Notes under the pieces: generated by a model | What the model was told of the DNA's origin: nothing | Seen by the model: the letters and a program-made list of their open reading frames with translations, nothing else | Databases searched by the model: none | Translations under genes and position numbers: made by a program | Assembly (NCBI GenBank): GCA_002479485.1 | Contig: DLNM01000013.1 | Span: forward strand, 28,142-92,141 | Direction of reading: 5' to 3' | DNA length: 64,000 bases | Origin: Firmicutes bacterium UBA7510 | GTDB lineage: Bacteria > Bacillota > Clostridia > Tissierellales > Sedimentibacteraceae | Shown: positions 61,821-64,000 of the stretch, piece by piece | Position numbering within the stretch: the stretch's first letter is position 1 | Layout of the letters: every line of letters starts with the position of its first letter

Positions 61821-62630
61821 TTACCAAGACTCATAATGTATTTTATCTTTTTCGAATCTATTTGGTTGAATTTTATTGTCATCTGAATAGCCAAACGCAA
61901 TTAATGAAACTGGACGAATATAATTAGGAAGATTAAAGGTTTTAGCAATATCCTTATAAAAATCTGAACTTTGCCTTACACCGCACCAAACACCTTTAAG
62001 CCCAACTGTGTGAATAGCCAGAAGAATGTTTTGAGTTGCCGCTGAGCAATCCGCCAATACCCATTCCGCTGTACCCTGAACAACAGTATCTCCACAAACA
62101 ACAATACAAGCAGCAGCACTATTCAGCATTTTTACATAAGGATTATTACCAATAATACTTATCATTTTTTCCCTGTCTTTTGAAACTATAAAGTGAAATG
62201 GCCGTTTATTGCTTGCCGATGGAGCGCAAAGCCCTGCATTTAAAATCGTGTTCATCTGTACATCACTTATTTCCTTAGAGTCGAATCTACGAATACTTGC
62301 ACGCTCAGAAATAGCTTTTAAAACTTCATTTTCAAGCATTTCATAATTTTCTGACTCTGGTATAGCCGCCACAATGTCAGGCTCTATACTTAGATTAACA
62401 ATTAATCTACCCTCGTCGCTTATTCCAAGATTTTTTAGTAGATGCTTGTTAAACATTATAAAATAACATCCGTCACCCTTTGACACCAGCTTTGACTTGA
62501 ATTCTACATTTCCAACAATACATTTAACATAAATTGTACCTTTAGGAGTATCAAATTCAGTTCTAGGGTTAAAAGGAAGAATTGCAATTGTAAATTTTCC
62601 TTCTTTTTTAATATCTACAATACATTCCAC
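61821..62630 (-). CDS. Nitroreductase family protein with an extra N-terminal (DUF1905-like) domain
   Basis: RASIRRF, APSASNKRP, DCSAATQNILLA, G.W. Confidence 0.85.
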   Translation of the reverse strand: MECIVDIKKEGKFTIAILPFNPRTEFDTPKGTIYVKCIVGNVEFKSKLVSKGDGCYFIMFNKHLLKNLGISDEGRLIVNLSIEPDIVAAIPESENYEMLENEVLKAISERASIRRFDSKEISDVQMNTILNAGLCAPSASNKRPFHFIVSKDREKMISIIGNNPYVKMLNSAAACIVVCGDTVVQGTAEWVLADCSAATQNILLAIHTVGLKGVWCGVRQSSDFYKDIAKTFNLPNYIRPVSLIAFGYSDDNKIQPNRFEKDKIHYESW

Positions 62631-62651
62631 GATATATTCCTCCTATTTTCT

Positions 62652-63116
62652 TTAGAATTTAGAATTTTCATAGTTGTAAGGAATGCTCGTTCCCACCACG
62701 ACATCTTCTATTTTTTCAATAATAAGCCAATCATCCATATTCCCTTGATGCTCAAAATCCAAAGGCTCAATTGCCTTAACATTTTCAAATTCAACAAGGC
62801 AAAGACATTTTTTATGCCAGCGAACTTTCTGTTTATCAGTCAAATTTAACTTTGACTGATTGGATTCAAGCGCATTATTAATCTCATCTTCTGTTAATTT
62901 TACAAAGTTTTGAACAGTTTTAACAGTTGCACAAGCCGCAATGTTAGCAGTTCCTTTTTCCATAAAATATAAAGTTTCTCCTTCAAAAACCCTACTATGA
63001 GGTATTTTTCTTCCCGCAGCACCGCGAACTACCATAGTTTTAGTACCAGCCATGATTTTATCTAATACCCTCTCTCCGCTTTTACCTGAGTTATCGCAAT
63101 AAACTAAATGTACCAT
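62652..63116 (-). CDS. Conserved hypothetical protein (possibly ASCH/PUA-like)
   Basis: I..G.KTM.VR...RKIP..V..G.TL.F pattern. Confidence 0.6.
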   Translation of the reverse strand: MVHLVYCDNSGKSGERVLDKIMAGTKTMVVRGAAGRKIPHSRVFEGETLYFMEKGTANIAACATVKTVQNFVKLTEDEINNALESNQSKLNLTDKQKVRWHKKCLCLVEFENVKAIEPLDFEHQGNMDDWLIIEKIEDVVVGTSIPYNYENSKF

Positions 63117-63322
63117 CTTGTTAAACCCTTTCAAATTTATTTTTTTATTTAATACTTAATATAAAACTAATATATCACACACCTAATTCATATGCAATTG
63201 AGTTCTTCTTTTCATGATAGGAACCTTGCAGATTGCTTTATGTTGTTTGATTAATTGATTCCGGTCTAAAAAAGAGAAACACCCTGCTTTCTCGTTAAAA
63301 ATCAGGGTGTATAAAATAGAAT

Positions 63323-64000
63323 CTAACAATAGATTTTTATATTTTCAATATCAATAAAACTTCCTTTATTCGAAGCTGTATAAACATCAATTTGATAAAA
63401 GGTATCCTTCACAAATTCTATAAGTTGACTCGAACACAATTCTACTTTGACGGATATTTCATTTTTATATATAATTTTACCGCTAAAAACAGATGAAATC
63501 ATCTCAAAATCACTTCCAGTAAACTGCCCCTTTATAATTATTTTGCTAATTCCATCAATTCCGTTATCTCTTGAATTAGGAACCATATATTGATTCATAA
63601 AATCTCTTGATTTTTCATCTTTCATTTCTTGAAATCCAATTTGAAACGGGACACCTTCAAAAAAGGAAATATAAGAATTTCTCCAGGGCATTCTTCTAGT
63701 CAATAAGTTCAAAAACCATTTAAATTCCAACCATCCAGGAGGTGTTACTTGTATACCATTACGTTTTAACAAGCTATAAATAGTGTCTATATCTTCTACA
63801 TCCAACATTAAGCAGATCATTCCTCGATGACCTTGATTATATTTTCTTGTCCATTCATCAATCCATCCACCGCCACTAGATTTTAAAATACGAATCATTT
63901 CAAAGTATTCATTTCCTATCCATAGATTGGAAGCTTTAAAACCTCTTGTACCTTTACCCCACTTCGGTTCATATGGAAGACCAGTAGTCCTAATACAATC
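63323..64000 (-). CDS. VOC/glyoxalase-like protein (5' end beyond the window)
   Basis: Frame is open to the window edge: ..PKWGKGTRGFKASNLWIGNEYFEMIRI.. Confidence 0.6.
   Translation of the reverse strand, partial: DCIRTTGLPYEPKWGKGTRGFKASNLWIGNEYFEMIRILKSSGGGWIDEWTRKYNQGHRGMICLMLDVEDIDTIYSLLKRNGIQVTPPGWLEFKWFLNLLTRRMPWRNSYISFFEGVPFQIGFQEMKDEKSRDFMNQYMVPNSRDNGIDGISKIIIKGQFTGSDFEMISSVFSGKIIYKNEISVKVELCSSQLIEFVKDTFYQIDVYTASNKGSFIDIENIKIYC

Overview
AT-rich chromosomal window from an anaerobic low-GC Firmicute (Clostridia/Tissierellia-like; taxonomy inferred from gene content). The left end is the edge of a prophage (RusA-like gene, small ORF, tyrosine integrase) next to the 3' end of tRNA-Sec. 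Next come an orphan response regulator with Glu at the phospho-acceptor site and the comEA-selD(Sec)-selA-selB cluster. The rest is mostly housekeeping genes: dacA, rsfS, pepF, patB, topB, rng, a radical-SAM pair, nfo, nadD-yqeK, hemZ-dtd-relA-apt-recJ, scfAB, mnmA, pepP, uppP and def. There is also a GC-richer two-component/ABC island whose kinase has an internal amber stop, and a MATE gene with an internal opal stop. Items missing from the ORF track: (1) a 90-aa HesB-like selenoprotein with an unusual vicinal Sec-Cys motif, divergent from a Crp/Fnr regulator; (2) a yybP-ykoY (Mn2+) riboswitch upstream of an oadB-like/oadG-like pair with no alpha subunit nearby; (3) a dispersed family of modular, nested-hairpin elements (5 clear and 3 partial copies), each in the same orientation just 5' of a Shine-Dalgarno sequence of unrelated genes; (4) a second short MITE-like repeat; (5) the SCIFF peptide and an OadG-like small ORF. 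No CRISPR array or rRNA was seen. Calls are from reading motifs by eye; no searches were run.
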